DNA of 64,000 bases from Dehalococcoidia bacterium. GTDB lineage: Bacteria; Chloroflexota; Dehalococcoidia; Lucifugimonadales; UBA3495. The notes under the pieces are model-generated. The model made no database searches and was not told where the DNA came from. It was given only the letters and a program-made list of their open reading frames with translations. The DNA is taken from the NCBI GenBank assembly GCA_965115825.1, contig OZ220464.1:2808874-2872873 (forward strand). Reading direction: 5' to 3'. Position numbers and translations under genes: made by a program. Of this stretch, positions 48,100 to 58,902 are shown piece by piece (positions within the stretch are counted from its first letter, which is position 1; each line of letters begins with the position of its first letter).

Positions 48100-50055
48100 C
48101 TATTCTTCGTCGTCGTATTGGGATTTGAGCATTTCTACTACTGCGGGGTCGGCGAGGGTGGTAGTGTCGCCCAGGGCGCGGCCTTCGGCGACATCGCGGA
48201 GCAGACGGCGCATTATCTTGCCGCTGCGGGTCTTGGGGAGTTCGGCGGCGAAGTAGATGTCGTCGGGGCGGGCCATGGGGCCGATTTTGCCGGCGACGTG
48301 CTGCTTCAACTCGCCGATTATCTCGTCGGAGCCGGCGACTCGGTCTTTCAGGGTGACGAAAGCGACGATGGCCTGGCCTTTTACTTCGTGGCTGCGGCCA
48401 ATGCAGGCGGCTTCGGCGACTTTGCTGTTGTCGACCAGGGCGGACTCGACTTCCATGGTGCTGATGCGGTGTGCCGACACGTTGATGACGTCGTCAACTC
48501 GGCCCAGCAGCCAGAAGTAGGATTCCTCGTCCAGTTTGGCGCCGTCGCCGGTGAAGTAGATGCAGGCGTAGTTGGACCAATACTGCGCCTTGAAGCGTTC
48601 CGGGTCGCCGTAGATGCCGCGGAGCATACTGGGCCAGGGCTGGCGGATGACGAGATAGCCGCCTCCGCCGGGGCCGACTTCATTGCCTTGTTCGTCCAGG
48701 ATGGCGGCGTCGATGCCGGGGAAAGGTTGGGTGGCGGAACCGGGTTTGAGGGTAGTAATGCCGGGCAAGGGGGTAATCAGCACGGAGCCGGTTTCAGTCT
48801 GCCACCAGGTGTCCACTACCGGGCAGCGTCCGCCGCCGATGTGCTGCCAATACCAGACCCAGGCCTCCGGGTTGATGGGTTCGCCCACGGTGCCGAGCAG
48901 CCGCAGCGATGACAGGTCGCGCCGGTTGGGGTACTCTTCGCCCCAGCGCATAAAGGTGCGGATGGCGGTGGGAGCGGTGTAGCAGATGGTGCAGCCGTAC
49001 TTCTCCACGATGGCCCAGAAGCGGTCACGGTCGGGCCAGTCGGGGGAGCCTTCATACATTACGGAGGTTGCGCCGTTGGCCAGGGGGCCATAGACGATAT
49101 AGCTGTGGCCGGTGACCCAGCCGATGTCGGCGGTGCACCAGTACACATCGTCCTCTTTGAGGTCGAAAATCCATTTGCTGGTGGCATAGGCGCCGGTGAG
49201 GTAGCCGCCGGTGGTGTGGACGATGCCTTTGGGTTTGCCGGTGGTGCCGCTGGTGTACAGCATAAAGAGCATATCCTCGCTGTCCATTGGCTCCGGCGGG
49301 CAGGTGAGGGGCTGGTCGGCAACGAGGTCGTGCCACCAGACATCGCGGTCTTCCTGCATCATGTCGTCGGCGTGAGCGGTGCGACGGACGACGACGACTT
49401 TCTCCACGGGAGTGTCGCCGGCGACGGAGGCGTCGGCGTTCTGCTTGAGCGGGATGATGTTGCCGCGACGCCAACCGCCATCGGCGGTAATCATCACTTT
49501 GGACTGGGAGTCTTCAATGCGGTCGCGGAGGGATTCGGCGCTGAAGCCGCCGAAAACGATGCTGTGGGGCGCGCCAATACGGGCGCAGGCCAGCATGGCG
49601 ATGGGCAGCTCCGGCACCATGGGCAGGTAGATGGTAACGCGGTCGCCCTTTTGGACGCCCAGGCTCTTCAAGCCGTTAGCGAATTTGCAGACTTCACGGT
49701 ACAAATCGCGGTAAGTATAGACCTGCCAGTCTCCCGGCTCGCCTTCCCAGACGATAGCGGCTTTATTCTTGCGAGGGCCGTTGAGATGGCGGTCGATGCA
49801 GTTGTAAGAGACGTTGAGCCGGCCGCCGATGAACCATTTGGCAAAGGGCGCGTCGGACCAGTCCAGTACTGTGTCCCAGGGCCGGAACCAGTCCAATTCG
49901 CCGGCGAAACGGGCCCAGAAGGCTTGCGGGTCGCGGCGGGCCTCTTCGTACACGGCGGGGTCGGAGATGTTGGCGTTGGCGGCGAAGTCGGCCGGCGGCG
50001 GATAGGCGCGGTCTTCCTGGAGCAGGGCCTCGAAAGCGCCGGTGTTTTGAGTCAT
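48100..50055 (-). CDS. acs: Acetyl-CoA synthetase
   Basis: [40 protein letters not shown]. Confidence 0.97.
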   Translation of the reverse strand: MTQNTGAFEALLQEDRAYPPPADFAANANISDPAVYEEARRDPQAFWARFAGELDWFRPWDTVLDWSDAPFAKWFIGGRLNVSYNCIDRHLNGPRKNKAAIVWEGEPGDWQVYTYRDLYREVCKFANGLKSLGVQKGDRVTIYLPMVPELPIAMLACARIGAPHSIVFGGFSAESLRDRIEDSQSKVMITADGGWRRGNIIPLKQNADASVAGDTPVEKVVVVRRTAHADDMMQEDRDVWWHDLVADQPLTCPPEPMDSEDMLFMLYTSGTTGKPKGIVHTTGGYLTGAYATSKWIFDLKEDDVYWCTADIGWVTGHSYIVYGPLANGATSVMYEGSPDWPDRDRFWAIVEKYGCTICYTAPTAIRTFMRWGEEYPNRRDLSSLRLLGTVGEPINPEAWVWYWQHIGGGRCPVVDTWWQTETGSVLITPLPGITTLKPGSATQPFPGIDAAILDEQGNEVGPGGGGYLVIRQPWPSMLRGIYGDPERFKAQYWSNYACIYFTGDGAKLDEESYFWLLGRVDDVINVSAHRISTMEVESALVDNSKVAEAACIGRSHEVKGQAIVAFVTLKDRVAGSDEIIGELKQHVAGKIGPMARPDDIYFAAELPKTRSGKIMRRLLRDVAEGRALGDTTTLADPAVVEMLKSQYDDEE

Positions 50056-50198
50056 GGCGAAGAACCTCCGGGGCGGCTGATGCCGCCGGGTATCACGGGC
50101 AGATATTAGCATATCGCTGCCGGATATGGCGGGAGTGATAGAATCGGCGCACCGGCGCCATCATCGCGCCGGGCGCGCAGAATGCGGAGGCAGCTCTG

Positions 50199-50900
50199 AT
50201 GACTACGACAACGCTGACGATGACCGGGATGCCGCCGGCGCGGCGGTTCACCCCGGAGGAGTGCGCCGTTATGGTACGGGCCGGCATCATCGCCCCGGGC
50301 GAGGAGGATTACGCGCTGGCCGGGCGCCGTCGTTTTACGGTGGACGAGTACATGGCTATGGGAGCGGCCGGGATCCTGCATAAGGACGACCGGGTTGAAT
50401 TGATAGACGGAGCGATAGTCATTATGCCGCCAATCGGCGACCGCCACGTGGGCGGCACAGACTGGATTAATACGCTGTTCGTCCCCCAGCTGTTGGGTCG
50501 GGCGACGGTGCAATTGGGCGGGCCTGTCTATCTGGGCGACCGCAGCGCGCCCCAGCCGGATGTTGTTCTCAAGAGGTGGAATCCGCCCGGTTCCGGCGCG
50601 ACCGGACGCGCGACGCCGGATGATGTGTACTTGGTCATAGAGTTCGCCGACAGTTCACTGACCTTTGACCAGGGCGCAAAGTTGGAACGCTACGCTGCCG
50701 CCGGCATTCCGGAGGTGTGGGTTGCCAACCTGCGCGCGCGGGAAGTGACGACCTACGCAGAGCCGACGGGTTCGGAGTACGTCGCCATCCGCATCTACCG
50801 GGCCGGCGAAAGCGTCAGCCCGCGGGCGTTTCCGGACGTGGCGCTGGCAGTTACGGATTTCATGCCGCCGGCTGACGCACAAAGCGATGAACCACTTTAG
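50199..50900 (+). CDS. Uma2 family endonuclease
   Basis: RFTVDEY..M, RVELIDG, PQPDV, LVIEFADSSL, YAAAGIPEVW. Confidence 0.88.
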   Translation: MTTTTLTMTGMPPARRFTPEECAVMVRAGIIAPGEEDYALAGRRRFTVDEYMAMGAAGILHKDDRVELIDGAIVIMPPIGDRHVGGTDWINTLFVPQLLGRATVQLGGPVYLGDRSAPQPDVVLKRWNPPGSGATGRATPDDVYLVIEFADSSLTFDQGAKLERYAAAGIPEVWVANLRAREVTTYAEPTGSEYVAIRIYRAGESVSPRAFPDVALAVTDFMPPADAQSDEPL

Positions 50901-51071
50901 GATTGGCCGACGGCAGTGAACGCCGGGGAGCATAAACAGGGCCGAATATAGTCACGCCGTTCTGCTGCGTCCGGGGCGGCGGTGGGCATGATGCCGGCGT
51001 CGCGGGATTTTTCGGCGGACATGGGCGAGCCGGCATTGCGCAATGCCGGCGACGCTGTGCGGCCTTTGTGG

Positions 51072-51998
51072 TTATTCGGGCACTATAACGATAGTGACGC
51101 CAATGTTGCCGGCGCGCTGTCTGTTGGCGTCGGATATAGCAGCGCCGATGACTATGGCTGTTGCGGATACGTCGCTGGCGGTGCGCAGAATGGCGGCGCG
51201 GCGCCCGGCTCGGTCGACGTCGTGGTCGTCGATAGTAGCTGATACTTCGGCAACGGCGTAGGTCGGGTGGCCTTCCGTGGTCTCGCCGAGCAGTATCAGG
51301 TCGGCGCGGTCCAATTCGTCGGCCTGATCGTCGGATATGGCTCCTGATGCGACTGCATCGGCCATGAGGTCCGGAATATGGGGATTGTCCGGCACGGTTA
51401 CGGCTTGGAGCAGGCGGGCGTTCCGTATGTTGGCATGCTGCCGGAGGTAGCGGGAGGAGTTGCGGGCAATTTTGCGCTCGTATTCGCTGCCGAATATGCT
51501 ATTAAGCCGGCCTTCTACACGGTTCAATCTGACCTCGATTCTCTCAAAGCGTTGGTCGATCTGCTCAAAGCGCTGGTCGATTTTCTCAAAGCGTTGGTCG
51601 ATCTGCTCAAAGCGCTGGTCGATTTTCTCAAAGCGCTGGTCGATCTGTTCAAAGCGCTGGTCGATTTTCTCAAAGCGTCCATCGATCTGCTCAAAGCACT
51701 GGTCCATCCGATCCAGCCGCGCATCCGTGTTGTCTTGCCGGGCTTCGAGCCGTTCCTGGCCGGCTTTCAGCTCGGCCAGGCCGGCCTCCAGGCGATCCAG
51801 TCGGTCGTTGGTGGCGACGATGTGGCGTTCCACGGTGTCGGCCAATGTCTGAACCATCCGGGATAGCTCAGCCACTACGGCCGGCAGACGCAGCAGCTCC
51901 TCTCCCAGGATGTGCCGGCGCATTTCCTCACGGAGGTGAGGATAGCGCTCCATCGCTGAGAGGATGTCGTTGAATGTGTTGACGGGGGTGGTGGTCAT
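51072..51998 (-). CDS. Variable-heptad coiled-coil protein with putative PD-(D/E)XK-like C-terminal domain
   Basis: EEMRRHILGEELLRLP, 21-nt repeats FE(Q/K)IDQR, ADLIL..AEVSATIDDHDVDRA. Confidence 0.82.
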   Translation of the reverse strand: MTTTPVNTFNDILSAMERYPHLREEMRRHILGEELLRLPAVVAELSRMVQTLADTVERHIVATNDRLDRLEAGLAELKAGQERLEARQDNTDARLDRMDQCFEQIDGRFEKIDQRFEQIDQRFEKIDQRFEQIDQRFEKIDQRFEQIDQRFERIEVRLNRVEGRLNSIFGSEYERKIARNSSRYLRQHANIRNARLLQAVTVPDNPHIPDLMADAVASGAISDDQADELDRADLILLGETTEGHPTYAVAEVSATIDDHDVDRAGRRAAILRTASDVSATAIVIGAAISDANRQRAGNIGVTIVIVPE

Positions 51999-52362
51999 GG
52001 CGACGCTCCGCATCAATAATAACACACTCTGCGATGGATATGCCGGTTGCGGGTCAGGGTAGCTGGCATAGCGCTGGGCGATTATTGCGTCCACCTTTGC
52101 GGCAACGTCGGGCGGCGCGCCAGATTTGAAGGCGGCTGCGACGTGGCAGACGGGCAGAGGTCGACGCCTTCGCATCCGGTTGGCAATTCGGCAGCGACCG
52201 TTGCCGGGAGAGCGGCGGGAACCGGGGTCGATCCCGGCGCAGCGCAGGCCGCGGTGATTAAAGCCAGCGCGAGGACGGTTGCGACAAAAAGCCGCTTCGT
52301 TGCTACGGCCATTTCCTACCTCACGCTCTGGTACAGCTGATTTTAGCGTACAATCAACCGCC

Positions 52363-53802
52363 ATGCCGCCCTCTGCCGAATCTGACGCCCCTCTGACATC
52401 CCGCCGCGCCTGGCGGACTTATGCGGTGGCGTCGTCGTCGGCGCTGGGCATGATGCTGGCGTCGCTGGACTTTTCGGTGAACGTGGGGCTGCCGGCCATG
52501 CGCGACGCCTTCGACACCGACCTGGCCGCCGTGCAGTGGGTCATTGTGGTGTTCATCGCCACGCGGGCCGGCCTGGCGTTGGGAGCGGGAGCCTTTGCCG
52601 ACCGTTTCGGGCTGCGGATGGTGTACCTGTTCGGCACGGCTGTCTATCTGGCGTCGATGGTATGCCTGTCGCTGTCGCCGACTCTTGAAGTCCTAGTGGG
52701 GTTCCGGTTCTTGCAGGCGTTGGGGACGGGATGCCTGTACAGCACTGCGCCGGCTATTGCCGCGGGCGTTTTTCCGCCCCATAGCCGGGGCTTATCCATG
52801 GGGTTCACCTCGGCCAGCCTGGGTTTGGGAATGGTGGCGTCAACACTGGCGGCAGGGCAACTGGTGCAGCTCTTTGACTGGCCGGCGGTGTTCTGGGGAC
52901 GCATACCGCTGGCCGCGCTGGCTCTGGCGATGGGGCTGTTGGCTCTGCCGGGGGTTATTGCGGGAGGCGCGCGGAGATCCCCGGGCCGGCGGTTTGACGC
53001 AGCGGGCGCGGCATTGGCCCTGTCGCTGCTGTGGTGCCTGACGATTGGGCTGCGGCTGGGCCAGGCCGTCGGCTGGACTGCGCCGGCGGTGATAGCGCTG
53101 CTGGCGGCGACGCCAATGACAGCGGGGGGGTTGATATTGGTGGAAAGGCGGGCGCAGTCGCCGGTGCTGCCCGGCGCGCTGGTTCGGCTCAGCGGATTCC
53201 AGACGGCTATGGGCGCCATGTTTCTGGGGCATTTCGCGCAGTTCGTCATCTGGTTCATATTCCCGTTCTACATCACCGATTCGCTGCGGCGCAGCCCGGT
53301 AACGTTGGGGATATTATTCGCCATAATGTCCATGTGCAACATACTTTCATCGCCGCTGGGCGGCTGGCTGTGCGACCGTTGGGGGGCGCGCCCGGTGGGA
53401 GCGGTCGGCTTGGGACTGACGGCGACGGGATTGCTGGCAATGTCAGCGCTGGATGGCGGCTCGGCCGTTTGGCATCCAGCGGCGGCAATCGCCATTGTGG
53501 GCCTGGGCGTGGGGTGGTTTCAGTCGGCGGCCTATGCGCTGATGCTGAGCAGCGTGCCGCCGGAGCGGTTCGGCACGGCGTCGGGAGCGATGTCGCTGGC
53601 GCAGGCGTCGGGAACGGTGCTGTGCGTGGCGATTGTAGGGGCGATTTTCGCGGCCCTGAGTGACCACTACGCGGGCAGCCGAGCGGCCGGCGAGGCGTTC
53701 CTGCTGGCCTACCGCGACGTATTTCGCATCGGAGCGACGATGGCGGCGCTGGGCGCGCTGTGGTTCGGCCTGCGGGCACCGCAGCCGGGCGCTGCTACCT
53801 GA
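52363..53802 (+). CDS. MFS transporter (DHA2-like)
   Basis: LDFSVNVGLP, GAFADRFG, GWLCDRWG, about 14 TMs. Confidence 0.88.
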   Translation: MPPSAESDAPLTSRRAWRTYAVASSSALGMMLASLDFSVNVGLPAMRDAFDTDLAAVQWVIVVFIATRAGLALGAGAFADRFGLRMVYLFGTAVYLASMVCLSLSPTLEVLVGFRFLQALGTGCLYSTAPAIAAGVFPPHSRGLSMGFTSASLGLGMVASTLAAGQLVQLFDWPAVFWGRIPLAALALAMGLLALPGVIAGGARRSPGRRFDAAGAALALSLLWCLTIGLRLGQAVGWTAPAVIALLAATPMTAGGLILVERRAQSPVLPGALVRLSGFQTAMGAMFLGHFAQFVIWFIFPFYITDSLRRSPVTLGILFAIMSMCNILSSPLGGWLCDRWGARPVGAVGLGLTATGLLAMSALDGGSAVWHPAAAIAIVGLGVGWFQSAAYALMLSSVPPERFGTASGAMSLAQASGTVLCVAIVGAIFAALSDHYAGSRAAGEAFLLAYRDVFRIGATMAALGALWFGLRAPQPGAAT

Positions 53803-53873
53803 CCGGGCCGGCAGCCAGAGCGCCGCCGGCCCGTCCCGCGGTGATGGCAACGAGGCAGGGACAGCAGGAGCCG

Positions 53874-54299
53874 TCAGGAGGGACGGTTGCGGCGTTCTTC
53901 CTCCCGCTCCTCGGCTTTGTCGCGCAGTGGGCGCCCCTTGTCGGGGGTTGGGTCTTTCACCAGGCCGTAGATGGCGCGGCCTTCGTGGTCTTCGGGGAGA
54001 TATTCCGTGATGGGCAGACCGCCCTCAGTCACGAAGAGCAGTCAATGGCAGTACTTGTAGATCTGCATATCGTCGCAGGCGCAGATCCAGGTGCGGTGCT
54101 TAATTTCCTCGCTCTTGTCGGGATAGAAGCGGCAGGGGCAGAGTGGCCGGCCGAGTTCGTCGACGTTCTGGGCCAAGCCGAGGATTACCGACTCGGCGAT
54201 TCCCTCTTCCGGGTGGGTGAAGGTGCCGGATTTTTCGCAGTAGCGCTCCACGAACAGGCGCATTCGCTGGATGGCTTTTTCGCTGGGCTGGTCAGCCAA
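53874..54299 (-). CDS. Ferredoxin-thioredoxin reductase catalytic-subunit homologue, probable selenoprotein (UGA at 54042-54044)
   Basis: LCPCR, ICAC, YCH-TGA-LLFV; frame stays open for 55 more codons; GAGGAGG RBS before the TTG start. Confidence 0.82.
54006..54033 (-). promoter_or_regulatory. Bacterial SECIS-like hairpin
   Basis: CGUGA-CUGA-GGGC-GGUCU-GCCC-A-UCACG; loop starts 21 nt after the UGA. Confidence 0.7.
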
Positions 54300-54461
54300 T
54301 TGGGGCCTCCTCAAGTTGTCCGGGTACGGCATACTCGGTCGCTGATGCAGCGGCGGAGCAGGATGCTACATAATAATGGGATGCGGCAAGTTCCGCAACG
54401 CCCGGCTGCCGGTTGCACCCCTGTCCCTCGCTTTTGAGGGAGGGGGCTGATTTCCGCGAGG

Positions 54462-55304
54462 TTACCAGACTATCAGGTTCCAGCAGTTGCCGGCAGCGTT
54501 GCACGTTAGGCTGCGGAGCTTGCCGCCCAGGGGTATGTCTTCAAAGTCGTCGGTTACGATGAGCCAGTAGGACTCGCCGGCTACCAGTTCTTCCAATGTG
54601 TTGAGGCCGGCGAACTCGGGGCGGTGGTCGTAGAACATATACTCCTTGCTGATGTTGTCAAAGTAGAGCACGGCTGCCAGCTTGTCGCCCAGCGGGGCCA
54701 GGGCTTCGGCTATCGAGGCGTCCGCATCTTTGTCGATCCGGATGTCCACCTTTGAAAATGGGCCGATGCCGGCGGAGTTCCTGGCCGCCACCTCGAATCT
54801 CCACCAATAGTTGTGGTCGCTCCAGTCTTTGTTAATCCCGTATATCACGCCTGAGAATTCAGTCGGATAATTCGGGTGCAGGCTGTGCTTCCAATTGGGA
54901 ACGTCGAGAGCCCGGGACAAGGCGCCGATAGTAGCGGCCTTTCCACCCCTCCAGCTCTTGAAGTAATAGGAGGTAACGGGGCTGCCTCCATTATCCGCCG
55001 GCAGATCCCAGTTAATATAGATTTCAGCCGCGGGCCAATTGCCAGTGTAGCCGTAGCTGCTATTGGTGGCGGCGCCGCGCGCCAGATTTTCCTCGGGGCT
55101 AAACCACTCCAATTGCGTTGCCGTTAGGTTCCGGACCGGGCCGGGCGCGGTTGCCGCCGGGGTTCCCGATGCGGAGGCGCTGCCGGCCTGGGCGCTGGCA
55201 GGGTTTGGGTCAGGTGGGGCGAGGAGGGTTAGGGCGCCGACGATGGCGAGGGCTGCTATGGCCAGCGGCACTGACAACTTAAGTTTGTGCAGTTTGGGTT
55301 TCAT
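54462..55304 (-). CDS. Secreted FN3-domain surface protein, short paralogue
   Basis: Signal peptide, PGPVRNL..WDLPADNGGSPVTSY..FEVAARNSAG.GP, C-terminal ..NCWNLIVW domain. Confidence 0.82.
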   Translation of the reverse strand: MKPKLHKLKLSVPLAIAALAIVGALTLLAPPDPNPASAQAGSASASGTPAATAPGPVRNLTATQLEWFSPEENLARGAATNSSYGYTGNWPAAEIYINWDLPADNGGSPVTSYYFKSWRGGKAATIGALSRALDVPNWKHSLHPNYPTEFSGVIYGINKDWSDHNYWWRFEVAARNSAGIGPFSKVDIRIDKDADASIAEALAPLGDKLAAVLYFDNISKEYMFYDHRPEFAGLNTLEELVAGESYWLIVTDDFEDIPLGGKLRSLTCNAAGNCWNLIVW

Positions 55305-55443
55305 TAGACAGAACTTCCTCGGTCGCTGATGCAGCGGCGGAGCAGGGCGCTACATAATAATGGGATACGGCAAGTTCCGCAACGCCCGGCTGCCGGCTGC
55401 TCCCTCTCCCTCGCTTTTGAGGAAGGGGGCTGATTTCCGCAGA

Positions 55444-58400
55444 TTACCAGACAATCAGGTTCCAGCAGTTGCCGGCGGCGTTGCACGTTAGGCTGCGGCT
55501 CTTGCCGCCCAAGGGTATGTTCTTAAACTCGTCGGTTACCAGGAGCCAGTAGGACTCGCCGGCTTCCAGCACCTCCAGGGTGTTGAGGTCGGCGAACTCC
55601 GGACGCGGGTCGTAGAACAGCCAATCCCTGCTGAGGCCGTTAAAGTAGAAGACGGCGCCCGCGCTGTCCCCCAGCGCAGCCAGCGCCACGGCTACCGGAG
55701 TGTCGATGAATAGGCCTCTCGGGTAATGGATTACCAGGCTGCCCACGGCTACCGTGTTGTTGACCTCCAGCAGGATGCTGTACGTGCCGGGGTCAAAGCC
55801 GGGGATGATGACGTCTGCCACAGTGACGGCGCCGTCGCGGTCAGTGCTGGGGGGTTCGGTAGGCATGGCGGACATAAGGTCCCGACCGTGGATTTCGATT
55901 CGGCTGATGCGGGAATGCGCCGGCATATTCTCCACCGACAGCGTGATTTTGTCGCCGGGGCTACCTTCGCCGGGATAAACCATTATGATGGACGATGGCA
56001 CTTTGTACTCGCCATGTCGGACAAGGTTATCGTACCTGGCCTCAATGCTGATGGTGGAGGGGATGGGGACGCTGTTGTCCACCTGGTGCTTGATGGACCA
56101 GCGGCCCGAACCATCGGCTTGCACGCTGTACTCCCGCATCCGTTCGCCATCGGTGACCGTGACGGTGATGGCCTCAATGAGGTTTTCCGGGTTGTCCACG
56201 GGCCAGTTTGCGCCGGAGATTTTTACGATGTCCCGGGGGCCGGCCCCGTCGGGCGTGGTCTTGACGGTGGGCTCGGGGATGGTGATTTCGACTTCGCCCG
56301 GGATGCCTTTCTTGTCCTCAACTCTGATGGTGTGCCGGCCGGGCGTCAGGGTCGGGTTGGAGGTGTCGTCATCGGCAGGCCAGAGGGCTACGGGGCAGAC
56401 GAACTGCCCTCCGCTGGACACTGGAACTTCTTCGGTCGTGGCCGTGCAGCCGTCGGATTCGTCGTGCAAGTGGAGCGGCACGTCGTCGATGGTGATTTTC
56501 TCGGGCATGATGCCGCTGCCGCTGCCGAAGCCCGCTCCTATGAGCGTAATCCGCTCGTTGGGCAGTACTTCATTCTTGCTGACGTTTAGGTTTAGGATGG
56601 CGGGCAGGATGGTTACTTTGGCGTCTTCGGACTTGGCGCCCCACTGGGCGTCAACGCGCTTGACGCCTTGCTGCGGAGGCAGTTTGAAGGTGGCCGTGGC
56701 GGAGCCGTCGGAGCTGATGCTGGTGGCACGTATGCCATCCTTGATGACGACGCCGCCTACTTTCAGCCCCATGAAGGGCGCTCCGGGAGCGGGGAAGTCC
56801 TGGGTGAAGATGGTTACCTCGTCGCCGACGCGGCCCTCGTTGGGCGATATGCGGATGGACGGGGCGAGCTCGAAGTCCTCAACGTCCTCGCCGGAGGTGC
56901 GGCCTTCGCTGTCTGCCACACAGATGAGGTTGTGGTTGCCGGGCTTGAAGGGCGGGATGGTAACCTCAAAGGAGATGGCTACCCGGCCGTAGCTGCCTAC
57001 GGTGGCGCTGCCGACCTCGGTTCCGGCGGGGATGACGCCATGCTCGCAGAGGTGGCGGGCGATAACCTTGTCGCTAGATGCCTTGTTTTTGTCGGCGACG
57101 GTGTAGGTCATCTCGGCGGTATCCAGTGTGTAGTGGAAGCAGAACTCGTTGCCGGCGGCCATTTCGGTTTTCCGGCTGTCGCAGTTCAGGGTGTTCCACC
57201 ACTGGGCTACGGCGAACTCGGCGTCTTGGCGCTGAGCGACGTAAGCGGTGGCGATGGCGCCATTGTTGAAGCCGCTGCCGTTGACGGTGAGCGGCTCGTT
57301 GCGCTTGCCGTCGGTGTCGGAGAGGGAGATTTTGGCGAGGGTGTTGAGGTACACGCCTTGCCGTTTCTCGATGGATCCGGCGGCGGCGCTGCGCTCAATG
57401 CCGTTGGCCATGAGCCGCTCGATGCGTCCGGGGAGGGTGTCATCAAAGCGGAGGACGTCGAAGGCGACGGTGTGGTTTCCCGCTTCGGAGGGGTTCCTGA
57501 CGCGGGAGGCGCCCAGGATGAACATGGTCAAGTCCTGACCCCTTTCGAACCCGTTGGGGTCTTCGCAGGCGTCGGAGTCTCCGGCGCACATATCTGGGAT
57601 GCGGGTGGTTATGCTGACGTCGTCCTTGTCGTCGTCATAGTAGGCGTTGGTGTCAATCTCCGGGGCGACGGTGGCCGGGGAGTTGGCGACGAAGTAGATT
57701 GAGCTGGCCGGGATGGAATCGGGGACATCAAAGTCGTCTTCCAGGAAGAGTACGACGCCGGAGCCTACCGGCAGGTCGGCGGCCAGGTTGTTCAGCTTGA
57801 CGGTGAGTTTGGGCGCTCCGCCGGACCTGGCTCTGTCGGATGCAATCGTGCCGCTGAAATCGGTGGTAGTAGAGTCCGGTATCGTATCTCTGCCGATACG
57901 GATGGTAACCGACGTAAATGGGCCGGCGCCGGCGGAGTTGTTGGCCGCCACTTCGAACTTCCACTGAAGGTTGTGGTCGCCTCTGCCAGCGGTAGCCCCA
58001 GTGTCCAGGGTCACGTCATCGAACCGAGTCGGATAATTCGGGTGATTGGTGTTCTTCCACTCGCGTGTGGCTGCGTCGTGAATGGGGGTCAGGGATCCAG
58101 TGGTAGTGGTCGTTCCGCCTGTGTAGCTCTTAAAGTGATAGGAGGTAACTGGGCTGCCCCCATTATCCGCCGGCAGATCCCAACCAACGAAGATGATAGT
58201 TGCGGGCGAATTGACAGTGGCGGCGCCGGATGCAGCGGCGACGCGCGCCACATTTTCCGCGGCGGTGAACCATGCCACCTGCGTTGCCTTTAGGTTCCGG
58301 ACTGAGCCGGGCGTGGTGGCCGCCGGAGTTCCCGTTGCGGAAGTACTCCACGGGCTGGCGGTATTGGCGCAGGTGACGCGCATCTGCACTTCGTAGGCTT

Positions 58401-58809
58401 GGCTGTTGGTGAGGCCTGCGATGCGCGCGGGGCCGGCGAGGTTGCGCCGGTTGACGGTAATCTCGCCGGTGAAGGTTGTCCAGGCTCCGGAGGTTCCCTG
58501 CCGGTATAGCATACCGAAGCCGGTGTATTCGGGGTTGCCGTTGGTGGCAGTGGCGGAGTCGCCTTCCACTGCGGCGGGGAGCATTACGTTCAGGGCCATG
58601 TTGTGGGCCGTCAGGGTGGGGGCGGCCGGCCCAGAAGTGGGGGTAGTTCGGAAGCCGGAGCCGCCTTCAGCGCAGGCGCCGGCTTGGGCGCTGGCCGGGC
58701 CGGGGTTCGGTAGCGCCAGTAGGCCGAGGAGGATCAGGGCGCCGACGATGGCGAGGGTTGTTATGGCCGGGAGCTCTGACCGCTTGAGTTTTTGCAGCTT
58801 GGGTTTCAT
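55444..58809 (-). CDS. Large secreted surface/S-layer-like protein with FN3 and Ig-like domains
   Basis: Signal peptide, two FN3 domains, repeated 'ITLxGxGF' Ig/TIG-like units, same C-terminal domain. Confidence 0.82.
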   Translation of the reverse strand: MKPKLQKLKRSELPAITTLAIVGALILLGLLALPNPGPASAQAGACAEGGSGFRTTPTSGPAAPTLTAHNMALNVMLPAAVEGDSATATNGNPEYTGFGMLYRQGTSGAWTTFTGEITVNRRNLAGPARIAGLTNSQAYEVQMRVTCANTASPWSTSATGTPAATTPGSVRNLKATQVAWFTAAENVARVAAASGAATVNSPATIIFVGWDLPADNGGSPVTSYHFKSYTGGTTTTTGSLTPIHDAATREWKNTNHPNYPTRFDDVTLDTGATAGRGDHNLQWKFEVAANNSAGAGPFTSVTIRIGRDTIPDSTTTDFSGTIASDRARSGGAPKLTVKLNNLAADLPVGSGVVLFLEDDFDVPDSIPASSIYFVANSPATVAPEIDTNAYYDDDKDDVSITTRIPDMCAGDSDACEDPNGFERGQDLTMFILGASRVRNPSEAGNHTVAFDVLRFDDTLPGRIERLMANGIERSAAAGSIEKRQGVYLNTLAKISLSDTDGKRNEPLTVNGSGFNNGAIATAYVAQRQDAEFAVAQWWNTLNCDSRKTEMAAGNEFCFHYTLDTAEMTYTVADKNKASSDKVIARHLCEHGVIPAGTEVGSATVGSYGRVAISFEVTIPPFKPGNHNLICVADSEGRTSGEDVEDFELAPSIRISPNEGRVGDEVTIFTQDFPAPGAPFMGLKVGGVVIKDGIRATSISSDGSATATFKLPPQQGVKRVDAQWGAKSEDAKVTILPAILNLNVSKNEVLPNERITLIGAGFGSGSGIMPEKITIDDVPLHLHDESDGCTATTEEVPVSSGGQFVCPVALWPADDDTSNPTLTPGRHTIRVEDKKGIPGEVEITIPEPTVKTTPDGAGPRDIVKISGANWPVDNPENLIEAITVTVTDGERMREYSVQADGSGRWSIKHQVDNSVPIPSTISIEARYDNLVRHGEYKVPSSIIMVYPGEGSPGDKITLSVENMPAHSRISRIEIHGRDLMSAMPTEPPSTDRDGAVTVADVIIPGFDPGTYSILLEVNNTVAVGSLVIHYPRGLFIDTPVAVALAALGDSAGAVFYFNGLSRDWLFYDPRPEFADLNTLEVLEAGESYWLLVTDEFKNIPLGGKSRSLTCNAAGNCWNLIVW

Positions 58810-58902
58810 TAGACAGAACCTCCTCCGGGGCGGGAATTTGCCCCTGCCCTTGGGTTCCCGTCAGCGCGGGAGTGGGCGTTCTGTCCGTATTTTAGTCTCC
58901 GA

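Noticed and set aside
52020-52312. Small lipoprotein-like ORF (LITAAC)
   Set aside because: Appears frameshifted and short, with no recognisable domain; too weak to call
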